From Eledone cirrhosa (taxonomy: Eukaryota): a stretch of 64,000 nt of DNA. Under the pieces are notes generated by a model. That model did no database searches, was not told where the DNA came from, and saw only the letters and a program-made list of their open reading frames with translations. The stretch spans positions 2,480,001-2,544,000 of the forward strand of contig OZ024757.1 in NCBI GenBank assembly GCA_964016885.1, read 5' to 3'. Every line of letters begins with the position of its first letter. Position 1 is the stretch's first letter. The translations under genes were made by a program, and so were the position numbers. Below are positions 30,001 through 45,000 of this stretch, one piece after another.

Positions 30001-33000
30001 CTGGAGCAACGTGAAATAAAGTGTCTTGCTCAAGGACACAGTGGACTGGAGCAACGTGAAAGAAAGTGTCTTGCTCAAGGACACATTGGACTGGAGCAAC
30101 GTGAAAGGAAGTCTCTTGTTCAAGGGCACAGTGGACTGCAGCAACATGAAATAAAGTGTCTTGCTCAAGGACATAGTGGACTGGAGCAACGTGAAAGAAA
30201 GTGTCTTGTTGAAGGACACAGTGGACTGGAGCAACTTGAAATAAAGTGTCTTGCTCAAGGACACAGTGGACTGGAGCAATGTGAAATAAAGTGTCTTGCT
30301 CAAGGTCGCAGTGGACTGGAGCAACGTGAAAGAAAGTCTCTTGCTCAAGGACACAGTGGACTGGAGCAACGTGAAATAATGTGTCTTGCTCGAGGACACA
30401 GTGGACTGGAGCAACGTGAAAGAAAGTGTCTTGCTCAAGGACACAGTGGACTGGAGTAACGTGAAAGAAAGTGTCTTGCTCAAGGACATACTGGACAGGA
30501 GCAACGTGAAAGAAAGTGTCTTGCTCAAGGACACAGTGGACTGGAGCAACGTGAAAGAAAGTGTCTTGCTCAAGGACACAGTGGACTGGAGCAACGTGAA
30601 AGAAAGTGTCTTGCTCAAGGACACAGTGGACTGGAGCAACGTGAAATAAAGTGTCTTGCTCAAGGACTCAGTGGACTGGAGCAACGTGAAAGAAAGTGTC
30701 TTGCTCAAGGACACAGTGGACTGGAGCAACGTGAAATAAAGTGTCTTGCTCAAGGACACAGTGGACTGGAGCAACGTGAAAGAAAGTGTCTTGCTCAAGG
30801 ACACAGTGGACTGGAGCAATGTGAAATAAAGTGTCTTGCTCAAGGACACAATAGATTGGAGCAATGTGAAATAAAGTGTCTTGCTCAGGGTAGCAGTGGA
30901 CTGGAGCAACGTGAAAGAAAGTGTATTGCTCAAGGACTCAGTGGACCTGAGCAATGTGAAATAAAGTGTCTTGCTCAAGGACACAGTGGACTGGAGCAAC
31001 GTGAAATAAAGTGTCTTGCTCAAGGACACAGTGGACTGGAGCAACGTGAAAGAAAGTCTCTTGCTCAAGGACACAGTGGACTGGAGCAACGTGAAATAAA
31101 GTGTCTTGCTCGAGGACACAGTGAACTGGAGCAACGTGAAAGAAAGTGTCTTGCTGAAGGACACAGTGGACTGGAACAATGTGAAATAAAGTGTCTTGCT
31201 CAAGGACACAGTGGACTGGAGCAATGTGAAATAAAGTGTCTTACTTAAGGTCACAGTGGACTGGAACAATGTGAAAGAAAGTATCTTGCTCAAGGACACA
31301 GTGGACGGGAGCAATGTAATATAAAGTGTCTTACTTAAGGACACAGTGGACTGGAACAATGTGAAATAAAGTGTCTTGCTCAAGGACACAGTGGACTGGA
31401 CAACGTGAAAGAAAGTGTCTTGCTCAAGGACACAGTGGACCGGAGCAATGTGAAATAAAGTGTCTTGCTCAAGGACACAGTGGACTGGAGCAACGTGAAA
31501 TAAAGTGTCTTGCTCAAGGACACAGTGGACTGGAGCAATGTGAAAGAAAGTCTCTTGCTCAAGGACACAGTGGACTGGAGCAACGTGAAATAAAGTGTCT
31601 TGCTCAAGGACACAGTGGACTGGAGCCACGTGAAATAAAGTGTCTTGCTCAAGGACACAGTGGACTGGAGCAATGTGAAATAAAGTGTCTTACTTAAGGA
31701 CACAGTGGACTGGAACAATGTGAAAGAAAGTGTCTTGCTCAAGGACACAGTGGACTGGAGCAATGTGAAATAAAGTGTCTTATTTAAGGACACAGTGGAC
31801 TGGAGCAACGTGAAATAAAGTGTCTTGCTCAAGGACACAGTGGACTGGAGCAACGTGAAATAAAGTGTCTTGTTCAAGGTCGCAGTGGACTGGAGCAACG
31901 TGAAAGAAAGTGTCTTGTTCAAGGTCGCAGTGGACTGGAGCAACGTGAAATAAAGTGTCTTGCTCAAGGACACAGTGGACTGGAGCAATGTGAAATAAAG
32001 TGTCTTGCTCAAGGACACAGTGGACTGGAGCAATGTGAAATAAAGTGTCTTGCTCAAGGACACAGTGAACTGGAGCAATGTGAAATAAAGTGTCTTGCTC
32101 ATGGACACAGTGGACTGGAGCAATGTGAAATAAAGTGTCTTGCTCAAGAACACAGTGGACTGGAGCAATGTGAAATAAAGTGTCTTGCTCAAGGACACAG
32201 TGGACTGGAGCAATGTGAAATAAAGTGTCTTGCTTAAGGACACAGTGGACTGGAACAATGTGAAAGAAAGTGTCTTGCTCAAGGACACAGTGGACTGGAG
32301 CAATGTGAAATAAAGTGTCTTGCTCAAGGACACAGTGGACTCGAGCAATGTGAAAGAAAGTGTCTTGCTCTAGGACACAGCGGACTAGAGTAACGTGAAA
32401 GAAAGTGTCTTGCTCAAGGACATAGTGGACATGAGCAACGTGAAAGAAAGTGTCTTGCTCAAGGACACAGTGGACTGGAGCAACGTGAAAGAAAGTGTCT
32501 TGCTGAAGGACACAGTGGACTGGAGCAACGTGAAAGAAAGTGTCTTGCTCAAGGACACAGTGGACTGGAGCAACGTGAAATAAAGTGTCTTGCTCAAGGA
32601 CACAGTGGACTGGAGCAACTTGAAATAAAGTGTCTTGCTCAAGGACACAATAGATTGGAGCTATGTGAAATAAAGTGTCTTGCTCAAGGTCGCAGTGGAC
32701 TGGAGCAACGTGAAAGAAAGTGTATTGCTCAAGGACACAGTGGACTGGAGCAACGTGAAAGAAAGTCTCTTGCTCAAGGACACAGTGGACTGGAGCAACG
32801 TGAAATAAAGTGTCTTGCTCGAGGACACAATGGACTGGAGCAACGTGAAAGAAAGTGTCTTGCTGAAGGACACAGTGGACTGGAACAATCTGAAATAAAG
32901 TGTCTTGCTCAAGGACACAGTGGACTGGAGCAATGTGAAATAAAGTGTCTTACTTAAGGACACAGTGGACTGGAACAATGTGAAAGAAAGTATCTTGCTC

Positions 33001-36000
33001 AAGGACACAGTGGACTGGAGCCATGTGATATAAAGTGTCTTACTTAAGGACACAGTGGACTGGAGCAACGTGAAAGAAAGTGTCTTGATCAAGGTCGCAG
33101 TGGACGGGAGCAACGTGAAAGAAAGTGTCTTGTTCAAGGTCGCAGTGGACTGGAGCAACGTGAAATAAAGTGTCTTGCTCAAGGACACAGTGGACTGGAG
33201 CAACTTGAAATAAAGTGTCTTGCTCAAGGACACAGTGGACAGGAGCAATGTAATATAAAGTGTCTTACTTAAGGACACAGTGGACTGGAACAATGTGAAA
33301 TAAAGTGTCTTGCTCAAGGACACAGTGGACTGGACAACGTGAAAGAAAGTGTCTTGCTCAAGGACACAGTGGACCGGAGCAATGTGAAATAAAGTGTCTT
33401 GCTCAAGGACACAGTGGACTGGAGCAACGTGAAATAAAGTGTCTTGCTCAAGGACACAGTGGACTGGAGCAATGTGAAAGAAAGTCTCTTGCTCAAGGAC
33501 ACAGTGGACTGGAGCAACGTGAAATAAAGTGTCTTGCTCAATGACACAGTGGACTGGAGCCACGTGAAATAAAGTGTCTTGCTCAAGGACACAGTGGACT
33601 GGAGCAATGTGAAATAAAGTGTCTTACTTAAGGACACAGTGGACATGAGCAACGTGAAAGAAAGTGTCTTGCTCAAGGACACAGTGGACTGGAGCAACGT
33701 GAAAGAAAGTGTCTTGCTGAAGGACACAGTGGACTGGAGCAACGTGAAAGAAAGTGTCTTGCTCAAGGACACAGTGGACTGGAGCAACGTGAAATAAAGT
33801 GTCTTGCTCAAGGACACAGTGGACTGGAGCAACTTGAAATAAAGTGTCTTGCTCAAGGACACAATAGATTGGAGCTATGTGAAATAAAGTGTCTTGCTCA
33901 AGGTCGCAGTGGACTGGAGCAACGTGAAAGAAAGTGTCTTGCTCAAGGACACAGTGGACTGGAGCAATGTGAAAGAAAGTCTCTTGCTCAAGGACACAGT
34001 GGACTGGAGCAACGTGAAATAAAGTGTCTTGCTCAAGGACACAGTGGACTGGAGCCACGTGAAATAAAGTGTCTTGCTCTAGGACACAGCGGACTAGAGT
34101 AACGTGAAAGAAAGTGTCTTGCTCAAGGACATAGTGGACATGAGCAACGTGAAAGAAAGTGTCTTGCTCAAGGACACAGTGGACTGGAGCAACGTGAAAG
34201 AAAGTGTCTTGCTGAAGGACACAGTGGACAGGAGCAACGTGAAAGAAAGTGTCTTGCTCAAGGACACAGTGGACTGGAGCAACGTGAAATAAAGTGTCTT
34301 GCTCAAGGACACAGTGGACTGGAGCAACTTGAAATAAAGTGTCTTGCTCAAGGACACAATAGATTGGAGCTATGTGAAATAAAGTGTCTTGCTCAAGGTC
34401 GCAGTGGACTGGAGCAACGTGAAAGAAAGTGTATTGCTCAAGGACACAGTGGACTGGAGCAACGTGAAAGAAAGTCTCTTGCTCAAGGACACAGTGGACT
34501 GGAGCAACGTGAAATAAAGTGTCTTGCTCGAGGACACAATGGACTGGAGCAACGTGAAAGAAAGTGTCTTGCTGAAGGACACAGTGGACTGGAACAATCT
34601 GAAATAAAGTGTCTTGCTCAAGGACACAGTGGACTGGAGCAATGTGAAATAAAGTGTCTTACTTAAGGACACAGTGGACTGGAACAATGTGAAAGAAAGT
34701 ATCTTGCTCAAGGACACAGTGGACTGGAGCCATGTGATATAAAGTGTCTTACTTAAGGACACAGTGGACTGGAGCAACGTGAAAGAAAGTGTCTTGATCA
34801 AGGTCGCAGTGGACGGGAGCAACGTGAAAGAAAGTGTCTTGTTCAAGGTCGCAGTGGACTGGAGCAACGTGAAATAAAGTGTCTTGCTCAAGGACACAGT
34901 GGACTGGAGCAACTTGAAATAAAGTGTCTTGCTCAAGGACACAGTGGACAGGAGCAATGTAATATAAAGTGTCTTACTTAAGGACACAGTGGACTGGAAC
35001 AATGTGAAATAAAGTGTCTTGCTCAAGGACACAGTGGACTGGACAACGTGAAAGAAAGTGTCTTGCTCAAGGACACAGTGGACCGGAGCAATGTGAAATA
35101 AAGTGTCTTGCTCAAGGACACAGTGGACTGGAGCAACGTGAAATAAAGTGTCTTGCTCAAGGACACAGTGGACTGGAGCAATGTGAAAGAAAGTCTCTTG
35201 CTCAAGGACACAGTGGACTGGAGCAACGTGAAATAAAGTGTCTTGCTCAAGGACACAGTGGACTGGAGCCACGTGAAATAAAGTGTCTTGCTCAAGGACA
35301 CAGTGGACTGGAGCAATGTGAAATAAAGTGTCTTACTTAAGGACACAGTGGACTGGAACAATGTGAAAGAAAGTGTCTTGCTCAAGGACACAGTGGACTG
35401 GAGCAATGTGAAATAAAGTGTCTTATTTAAGGACACAGTGGACTGGAGCAACGTGAAATAAAGTGTCTTGCTCAAGGACACAGTGGACTGGAGCAACGTG
35501 AAATAAAGTGTCTTGTTCAAGGTCGCAGTGGACTGGAGCAACGTGAAAGAAAGTGTCTTGTTCAAGGTCGCAGTGGACTGGAGCAACGTGAAATAAAGTG
35601 TCTTGCTCAAGGACACAGTGGACTGGAGCAATGTGAAATAAAGTGTCTTGCTCAAGGACACAGTGGACTGGAGCAATGTGAAATAAAGTGTCTTGCTCAA
35701 GGACACAGTGAACTGGAGCAATGTGAAATAAAGTGTCTTGCTCATGGACACAGTGGACTGGAGCAATGTGAAATAAAGTGTCTTGCTCAAGAACACAGTG
35801 GACTGGAGCAATGTGAAATAAAGTGTCTTGCTCAAGGACACAGTGGACTGGAGCAATGTGAAATAAAGTGTCTTGCTTAAGGACACAGTGGACTGGAACA
35901 ATGTGAAAGAAAGTGTCTTGCTCAAGGACACAGTGGACTGGAGCAATGTGAAATAAAGTGTCTTGCTCAAGGACACAGTGGACTCGAGCAATGTGAAAGA

Positions 36001-39000
36001 AAGTGTCTTGCTCTAGGACACAGCGGACTAGAGTAACGTGAAAGAAAGTGTCTTGCTCAAGGACATAGTGGACATGAGCAACGTGAAAGAAAGTGTCTTG
36101 CTCAAGGACACAGTGGACTGGAGCAACGTGAAAGAAAGTGTCTTGCTGAAGGACACAGTGGACTGGAGCAACGTGAAAGAAAGTGTCTTGCTCAAGGACA
36201 CAATGGACTGGAGCACCGTGAAATAGAGTGTCTTGCTCAAGGACACAGTGGACTGGAGCAACTTGAAATAAAGTGTCTTGCTCAAGGACACAATAGATTG
36301 GAGCTATGTGAAATAAAGTGTCTTGCTCAAGGTCGCAGTGGACTGGAGCAACGTGAAAGAAAGTGTATTGCTCAAGGACACAGTGGACTGGAGCAACGTG
36401 AAAGAAAGTCTCTTGCTCAAGGACACAGTGGACTGGAGCAACGTGAAATAAAGTGTCTTGCTCGAGGACACAGTGGACTGGAGCAACGTGAAAGAAAGTG
36501 TCTTGCTGAAGGACACAGTGGACTGGAACAATCTGAAATAAAGTGTCTTGCTCAAGGACACAGTGGACTGGAGCAATGTGAAATAAAGTGTCTTACTTAA
36601 GGACACAGTGGACTGGAACAATGTGAAAGAAAGTATCTTGCTCAAGGACACAGTGGACTGGAGCCATGTGATATAAAGTGTCTTACTTAAGGACACAGTG
36701 GACGGGAGCAACGTGAAAGAAAGTGTCTTGTTCAAGGTCGCAGTGGACTGGAGCAACGTGAAATAAAGTGTCTTGCTCAAGGACACAGTGGACTGGAGCA
36801 ACTTGAAATAAAGTGTCTTGCTCAAGGACACAGTGGACAGGAGCAGCGTGAAATAATGTGTCTTGCTCAAGGACAAAGTGGACTGGAGCAATGTGAAATA
36901 AAGTGTCTTGCTCAAGGGCATAGTGGACTGGAGCAACGTGAAAGAAAGTGTCTTGTGTAAGGACACAGTGGACTGGAGCAACGTGAAAGAAAGTCTCTTG
37001 CTCAAGGACACAGTGGACTGGAGCAACGTGAAATAAAGTGTCTTGCTCAAGGACACAGTGGACTGGAGCAATGTGAAATAAAGTGTCTTGCTCAAGGACA
37101 CAGTGAACTGGAGCAACGTGAAATAAAGTGTCTTGCTCAAGGACACAGTAGACTGGAGCAACGTGAAAGAAAGTCTCTTGTTCAAGGACACAGTGGACTG
37201 GAGCAACATGAAATAAAGTGTCTTGCTCAAGGACATAGTGGACTGGAACAACGTGAAAGAAAGTGTCTTGTTGAAGGACACAGTGGACTGGAGCAACTTG
37301 AAATAAAGTGTCTTGCTCAAGGACACAATATATTGGAGCAATGTGAAATAAAGTGTCTTGCTCAAGGTCGCAGTGGACTGGAGCAACGTGAAAGAAAGTC
37401 TCTTGCTCAAGGACACAGTGGACTGGAGCAACGTGAAATAATGTGTATTGCTCGAGGACACAGTGGACTGGAGCAACGTGAAAGAACGTATCTTGCTCAA
37501 GGACACAGTGGACTGGAGTAACGTGAAAGAAAGTGTCTTGCTCAAGGACATAGTGGACAGGAGCAACGTGAAAGAAAGTGTCTTGCTCAAGGACACAGTG
37601 GACTGGAGCAACGTGAAAGAAAGTGTCTTGCTCAAGGACACAGTGGACTGGAGCAACGTGAAAGAAAGTGTCTTGCTCAAGGACACAGTGGACTGGAGCA
37701 ACGTGAAATAAAGTGTCTTGCTCAAGGACTCAGTGGACTGGAGCAACGTGAAAGAAAGTGTCTTGCTCAAGGGACACAGTGGACTGGAGCAACGTGAAAG
37801 AAAGTGTCTTGCTCAAGGACACAGTGGACTGGAGCAACGTGAAATAAAGTGTCTTGCTCAAGGACACAGTAGACTGGAGCAATGTGAAATAAAGTGTCTT
37901 GCTCAAGGACACAGTGGACTGGAGCAACGTGAAAGAAAGTGTCTTGCTCAAGGACACAGTGGACTGGAGCAACGTGAAAGAAAGTGTCTTGCTCAAGGAC
38001 ACAGTGGACTGGAGCAATGTGAAATAAAGTGTCTTGCTCAAGGACACAATAGATTGGAGCAATGTGAAATAAAGTGTCTTGCTCAAGGTAGCAGTGGACT
38101 GGAGCAACGTGAAAGAAAGTGTATTGCTCAAGGACACAGTGGACCTGAGCAATGTGAAATAAAGTGTCTTGCTCAAGGACACAGTGGACTGGAGCAACGT
38201 GAAAGAAAGTCTCTTGCTCAAGGAAACAGTGGACTGGAGCAACGTGAAAGAAAGTCTCTTGCTCAAGGACACAGTGGACTGGAGCAACGTGAAATAAAGT
38301 GTCTTGCTCAAGGACACAGTGGACTGGAGCAATGTGAAATAAAGTGTCTTGCTTAAGGACACAGTGGACTGGAACAATGTGAAAGAAAGTGTCTTGCTCA
38401 AGGACACAGTGGACTGGAGCAATGTGAAATAAAGTGTCTTGCTCAAGGACACAGTGGACTCGAGCAATGTGAAAGAAAGTGTCTTGCTCTAGGACACAGC
38501 GGACTAGAGTAACGTGAAAGAAAGTGTCTTGCTCAAGGACATAGTGGACATGAGCAACGTGAAAGAAAGTGTCTTGCTCAAGGACACAGTGGACTGGAGC
38601 AACGTGAAAGAAAGTGTCTTGCTCAAGGACACAGTGGACTGGAGCAACGTGAAAGAAAGTGTCTTGCTGAAGGACACAGTGGACTGGAGCAACGTGAAAG
38701 AAAGTGTCTTGCTCAAGGACACAGTGGACTGGAGCAACGTGAAATAAAGTGTCTTACTCAAGGACACAGTGGACTGGAGCAACTTGAAATAAAGTGTCTT
38801 GCTCAAGGACACAATAGATTGGAGCTATGTGAAATAAAGTGTCTTGCTCAAGGTCGCAGTGGACTGGAGCAACGTGAAAGAAAGTGTATTGCTCAAGGAC
38901 ACAGTGGACCGGAGCAATGTGAAATAAAGTGTCTTGCTCAAGGACACAGTGGACTGGAGCAACGTGAAATAAAGTGTCTTGCTCAAGGACACAGTGGACT

Positions 39001-42000
39001 GGAGCAACGTGAAAGAAAGTCTCTTGCTCAAGGACACAGTGGACTGGAGCAACGTGAAAGAAAGTGTCTTGCTGAAGGACACAGTGGACTGGAACAATGT
39101 GAAATAAAGTGTCTTGCTCAAGGACACAGTGGACTGGAGCAATGTGAAATAAAGTGTCTTACTTAAGGACACAGTGGACTGGAACAATGTGAAAGAAAGT
39201 ATCTTGCTCAAGGACACAGTGGACTGGAGCAATGTGAAATAAAGTGTCTTGCTTAAGGACACAGTGGACTTGAACAATGTGAAAGAAAGTGTCTTGCTCA
39301 AGGACACAGTAGACTGGAGCAATGTGAAATAAAGTGTCTTGCTCAACGATACAGTGGACTGGAGCAACGTGAAAGAAAGTCTCTTGCTCAAGGACACAGT
39401 GGACTGGAGCAACGTGAAAGAAAGTGTCTTGATCAAGGTCGCAGTGGACGGGAGCAACGTGAAAGAAAGTATCTTGTTCAAGGTCGCAGTGGACTGGAGC
39501 AACGTGAAATAAAGTGTCTTGCTCAAGGACACAGTGGACTGGAGCAACTTGAAATAAAGTGTCTTGCTCAAGGACACAGTGGACAGGAGCAACGTGAAAT
39601 AATGTGTCTTGCTCAAGGACAAAGTGGACTGGAGCAATGTGAAATAAAGTGTCTTGCTCAAGGACACAGTGGACTGGAGCAATGTGAAATAAAGTGTCTT
39701 GCTCAAGGACACAGTGAACTGGAGCAATGTGAAATAAAGTGTCTTGCTCAAGGACACAGTGGACTGGAGCAATGTGAAATAAAGTGTCTTGCTCAAGAAC
39801 ACAGTGGACTGGAGCAATGTGAAATAAAGTGTTTGCTCAAGGATACAGTGAACTGGAGCAATGTGAAATAAAGTATCTTGCTCAAGGACACAGTGGACTG
39901 GAGCAATGTGAAAGAAAGTGTCTTGTTTAAGGACACAGTGGACTGGAGCAATGTGAAATAAAGTGTCTTGCTCAAGGGCATAGTGGACTGGAGCAACGTG
40001 AAAGAAAGTGTCTTGTTTAAGGACACAGTGGACTGGAGCAACGTGAAAGAAAGTCTCTTGCTCAAGGACATAGTGGACTGGAGCAACGTGAAATAAAGTG
40101 TCTTGCTCAAGGACACAGTGGACTGGAGCAATGTGAAATAAAGTGTCTTGCTCAAGGACACAGTGAACTGGAGCAACGTGAAATAAAGTGTCTTGCTCAA
40201 GGACACAGTGGACTGGAGCAACGTGAAAGAAAGTCTCTTGTTCAAGGACACAGTGGACTGGAGCAACATGAAATAAAGTGTCTTGCTCAAGGACATAGTG
40301 GACTGGAACAACGTGAAAGAAAGTGTCTTGTTGAAGGACACAGTGGACTGGAGCAACTTGAAATAAAGTGTCTTGCTCAAGGACACAATATATTGGAGCA
40401 ATGTGAAATAAAGTGTCTTGCTCAAGGTCGCAGTGGACTGGAGCAACGTGAAAGAAAGTCTCTTGCTCAAGGACACAGTGGACTGGAGCAACGTGAAATA
40501 ATGTGTATTGCTCGAGGACACAGTGGACTGGAGCAACGTGAAAGAAAGTGTCTTGCTCAAGGACACAGTGGATTGGAGTAACGTGAAAGAAAGTGTCTTG
40601 CTCAAGGACATAGTGGACAGGAGCAACGTGAAAGAAAGTGTCATGCTCAAGGACACAGTGGACTGGAGCAACGTGAAAGAAAGTGTCTTGCTCAAGGACA
40701 CAGTGGACTGGAGCAACGTGAAAGAAAGTGTCTTGCTCAAGGACACAGTGGACTGGAGCAACGTGAAATAAAGTGTCTTGCTCAAGGACTCAGTGGACTG
40801 GAGCAACGTGAAAGAAAGTGTCTTGCTCAAGGGACACAGTGGACTGGAGCAACGTGAAAGAAAGTGTCTTGCTCAAGGACACAGTGGACTGGAGCAACGT
40901 GAAATAAAGTGTCTTGCTCAAGGACACAGTGGACTGGAGCAACGTGAAAGAAAGTGTCTTGCTCAAGGACACAGTGGACTGGAGCAATGTGAAATAAAGT
41001 GTCTTGCTCAAGGACACAATAGATTGGAGCAATGTGAAATAAAGTGTCTTGCTCAAGGTAGCAGTGGACTGGAGCAACGTGAAAGAAAGTGTATTGCTCA
41101 AGGACACAGTGGACCTGAGCAATGTGAAATAAAGTGTCTTGCTCAAGGACACAGTGGACTGGAGCAACGTGAAATAAAGTGTCTTGCTCAAGGACACAGT
41201 GGACTGGAGCAACATGAAAGAAAGTCTCTTGCTCAAGGACACAGTGGACTGGAGCAACGTGAAATAAAGTGTCTTGCTCGAGGACACAGTGAACTGGAGC
41301 AACGTGAAAGAAAGTGTCTTGCTGAAGGACACAGTGGACTGGAACAATGTGAAATAAAGTGTCTTGCTCAAGGACACAGTGGACTGGAGCAATGTGAAAT
41401 AAAGTGTCTTACTTAAGGACACAGTGGACGGGAGCAATGTAATATAAAGTGTCTTACTTAAGGACACAGTGGACTGGAACAATGTGAAATAAAGTGTCTT
41501 GCTCAAGGACACAGTGGACTGGACAACGTGAAAGAAAGTGTCTTGCTCAAGGACACAGTGGACTGGAACAATGTGAAATAAAGTGTCTTGCTCAAGGACA
41601 CAGTGGACTGGAGCAATGTGAAATAAAGTTTCTTGCTTAAGGACACAGTGGACTGGAACAATGTGAAAGAAAGTGTCTTGCTCAAGGACACAGTGGACTG
41701 GAGCAATGTGAAATAAAGTGTCTTGCTCAAGGACACAGTGGACTAGAACAATGTGAAATAAAGTGTCTTGCTCAAAGACACAGTGGACTGGACAATGTGA
41801 AAGAAAGTTTCTTGCTTAAGGACACAGTGGACTGGAACAATGTGAAATAAAGTGTCTGGCTCAAGGACACAGTGGACTGGAGCAATGTGAAATAAAGTGT
41901 CTTGCTTAAGGACTCAGTAGACTGGAACAATGTGAAAGAAAGTGTCTTGCTCAAGGACACAGTGGACTGGAGCAACGTGAAAGAAAGTCTCTTGCTCAAG

Positions 42001-45000
42001 GACACAGTGGACTGGAGCAATGTGAAAGAAAGTGTCTTGTTCAAGGTCGAAGTGGACTGGAGCAATGTGAAAGAAAGTGTCTTGTTCAAGGCCGCAGTGG
42101 ACTGGAACAACGTGAAATAAAGTGTCTTGCTCAAGGACACAGTGGACTGGAGCAACTTGAAATAAAGTGTCTTGCTCAAGGACACAGTGGACTGGAGCAA
42201 CGTGAAATAAAGTGTCTTGCTTAAGGACACAGTGGTCTGGAGCAATGTGAAATAAAGTGATTTGTTCAAGGACACAGTGGACTGGAGCAATGTGAAATAA
42301 AGTGTCTTGCTCAAGGACACAGTGGACTGGAGCAATGTGAAATAAAGTATCTTGCTCAAGGACACAGTGGACTGGAGCAATGTGAAAGAAAGTGTCTTGT
42401 TTAAGGACACAGTGGACTGGAGCAATGTGAAATAAAGTGTCTTGCTCAAGGGCATAGTGGACTGGAGCAACGTGAAAGAAAGTGTCTTGTTTAAGGACAC
42501 AGTGGACTGGAGCAACGTGAAAGAAAGTGTCTTGCTGAAGGACACAGTGGACTGGAACAATGTGAAATAAAGTGTCTTGCTGAAGGACACAGTGGACTGG
42601 AGCAATGTGAAATAACGTGTCTTACTTAAGGACACAGTGGACGGGAGCAATGTAATATAAAGTGTCTTACTTAAGGACACAGTGGACTGGAACAATGTGA
42701 AATAAAGTGTCTTGCTCAAGGACACAGTGGGGTGGACAACGTGAAAGAAAGTGTCTTGCTCAAGGACACAGTGGACTGGAACAATGTGAAATAAAGTGTC
42801 TTGCTCAAGGACACAGTGGACTGGAGCAACGTGAAAGAAAGTGTCTTGTTTAAGGACACAGTGGACTGGAGCAATGTGAAAGAAAGTCTCTTGCTCAAGG
42901 ACACAGTGGACTGGAGCAACTTGAAATAAAGTGTCTTGCTCAAGGACACAGTGGACTGGAAAAATGTGAAATAAAGTGTCTTGCTCAAAGACACAGTGGA
43001 CTGGACAATGTGAAAGAAAGTGTCTTGCTTAAGGACACAGTGGACTGGAACAATGTGAAATAAAGTGTCTTGCTCAAGGACACAGTGGACTGGAGCAATG
43101 TGAAATAAAGTGTCTTGCTTAAGGACTCAGTGGACTGGAACAATGTGAAAGGAAGTGTGTTGCTCAAGGACACAGTGGACTGGAGCAATGTGAAATAAAG
43201 TGTCTTGCTCAAGGACACAGTGGACTGGAGCAACGTGAAAGAAAGTCTCTTGCTCAAGGACACAGTGGACTGGAGCAACGTGAAAGAAAGTGTCTTGTTC
43301 AAGGTCGCAGTGGACTGGAACAACGTGAAAGAAAGTGTCTTGTTCAAGGCCGCAGTGGACTGGAGCAACGTGAAATAAAGTGTCTTGCTCAAGGACACAG
43401 TGGACTGGAGCAACTTGAAATAAAGTGTCTTGCTCAAGGACACAGTGGACTGGAGCAACGTGAAATAAAGTGTCTTGCTCAAGGACACAGTGGACTGGAG
43501 CAATGTGAAATAAAGTGCCTTGTTCAAGGACATAGTGGACTGGAGCAATGTGAAATAAAGTGTCTTGCTCAAGGACACAGTGGACTGGAGCAATGTGAAA
43601 TAAAGTGTCTTGCTCAAGGACACAGTGAACTGGAGCAATGTGAAATAAAGTATCTTGCTCAAGGACACAGTGGACTGGAGCAATGTGAAAGAAAGTGTCT
43701 TGTTTAAGGACACAGTGGACTGGAGCAATGTGAAATAAAGTGTCTTGCTCAAGGGCATAGTGGACTGGAGCAACGTGAAAGAAAGTGTCTTGTTTAAGGA
43801 CACAGTGGACTGGAGCAACGTGAAAGAAAGTCTCTTGCTCAAGGACACAGTGGACTGGAGCAACGTGAAATAAAATGTCTTGCTCAGGGACACAGTGGAC
43901 TGGAGCAACGTGAAATAAAGTGTCTTGCTCAAGGACACAGTGAACTGGAGCAACGTGAAATAAAGTGTCTTGCTCAAGGACACAGTGGACTGGATCAACC
44001 TGAAAGAAAGTCTCTTGCTCAAGGACACAGTGGACTGGAGCAACATGAAATAAAGTGTCTTGTTCAAGGTCGCAGTCGACTGGAGCAACGTTAAATAAAG
44101 TGTTTTGCTCAAGGACACAGTGGACTGGAGCAACGTGAAAGAAAGTGTCTTGCTCAAGGACACAGTGGACTGGAGCAACTTGAAATAAAGTGTCTTGCTC
44201 AAGGACACAATAGATTGGAGCAATGTGAAATAAACTGTCTTGCTCAAGGTCGCAGTGGACTGGAACAACGTGAAAGAAAGTGTATTGCTCAAGGACACAG
44301 TGGACCGGAGCAATGTGAAATAAAGTGTCTTGCTCAAGGACACAGTGGACTGGAGCAACGTGAAATAAAGTGTCTTGCTCAAGGACACAGTGGACTGGAG
44401 CAACGTGAAAGAAAGTCTCTTGCTTAAGGACACAGTGGACTGGAACAATGTGAAATAAAGTGTCTTGCTCAAGGACACAGTGGACTGGACCAATGTGAAA
44501 TAAATTTCTTACTTAAGGACACAGTGGACTGGAACAATGTGAAAGAAAGTGTCTTGCTCAAGGACACAATGGACTGGAGCAATGTGAAATAAAGTGTCTT
44601 GCTTAAGGACACAGTGGACTGGAACAATGTGAAAGAAAGTGTCTTGCTCAAGGACACAGTGGACTGGAGCAATGTGAAATAAAGTGTCTTGCTCAAGGAC
44701 ACAGTGGACTCGAGCAATGTGAAAGAAAGTGTCTTGCTCAAGGACACAGTGGACTGGAGTAACGTGAAAGAAAGTGTCTTGCTCAAGAACATAGTGGACT
44801 GGAGCAACGTGAAAGAAAGTGTCTTGCTCAATGACACAGTGGACTGGAGCAACGTGAAAGAAAGTGTCTTGCTCAAGGACACAATAGATTGGAGCAATGT
44901 GAAATAAAGTTTCTTGTTCAAGGACAGAGTGGACTGGAGCAATGTGAAATAAAGTGTCTTGCTCAAGGACACAGTGGACTGGAGCAACATGATATAAAGT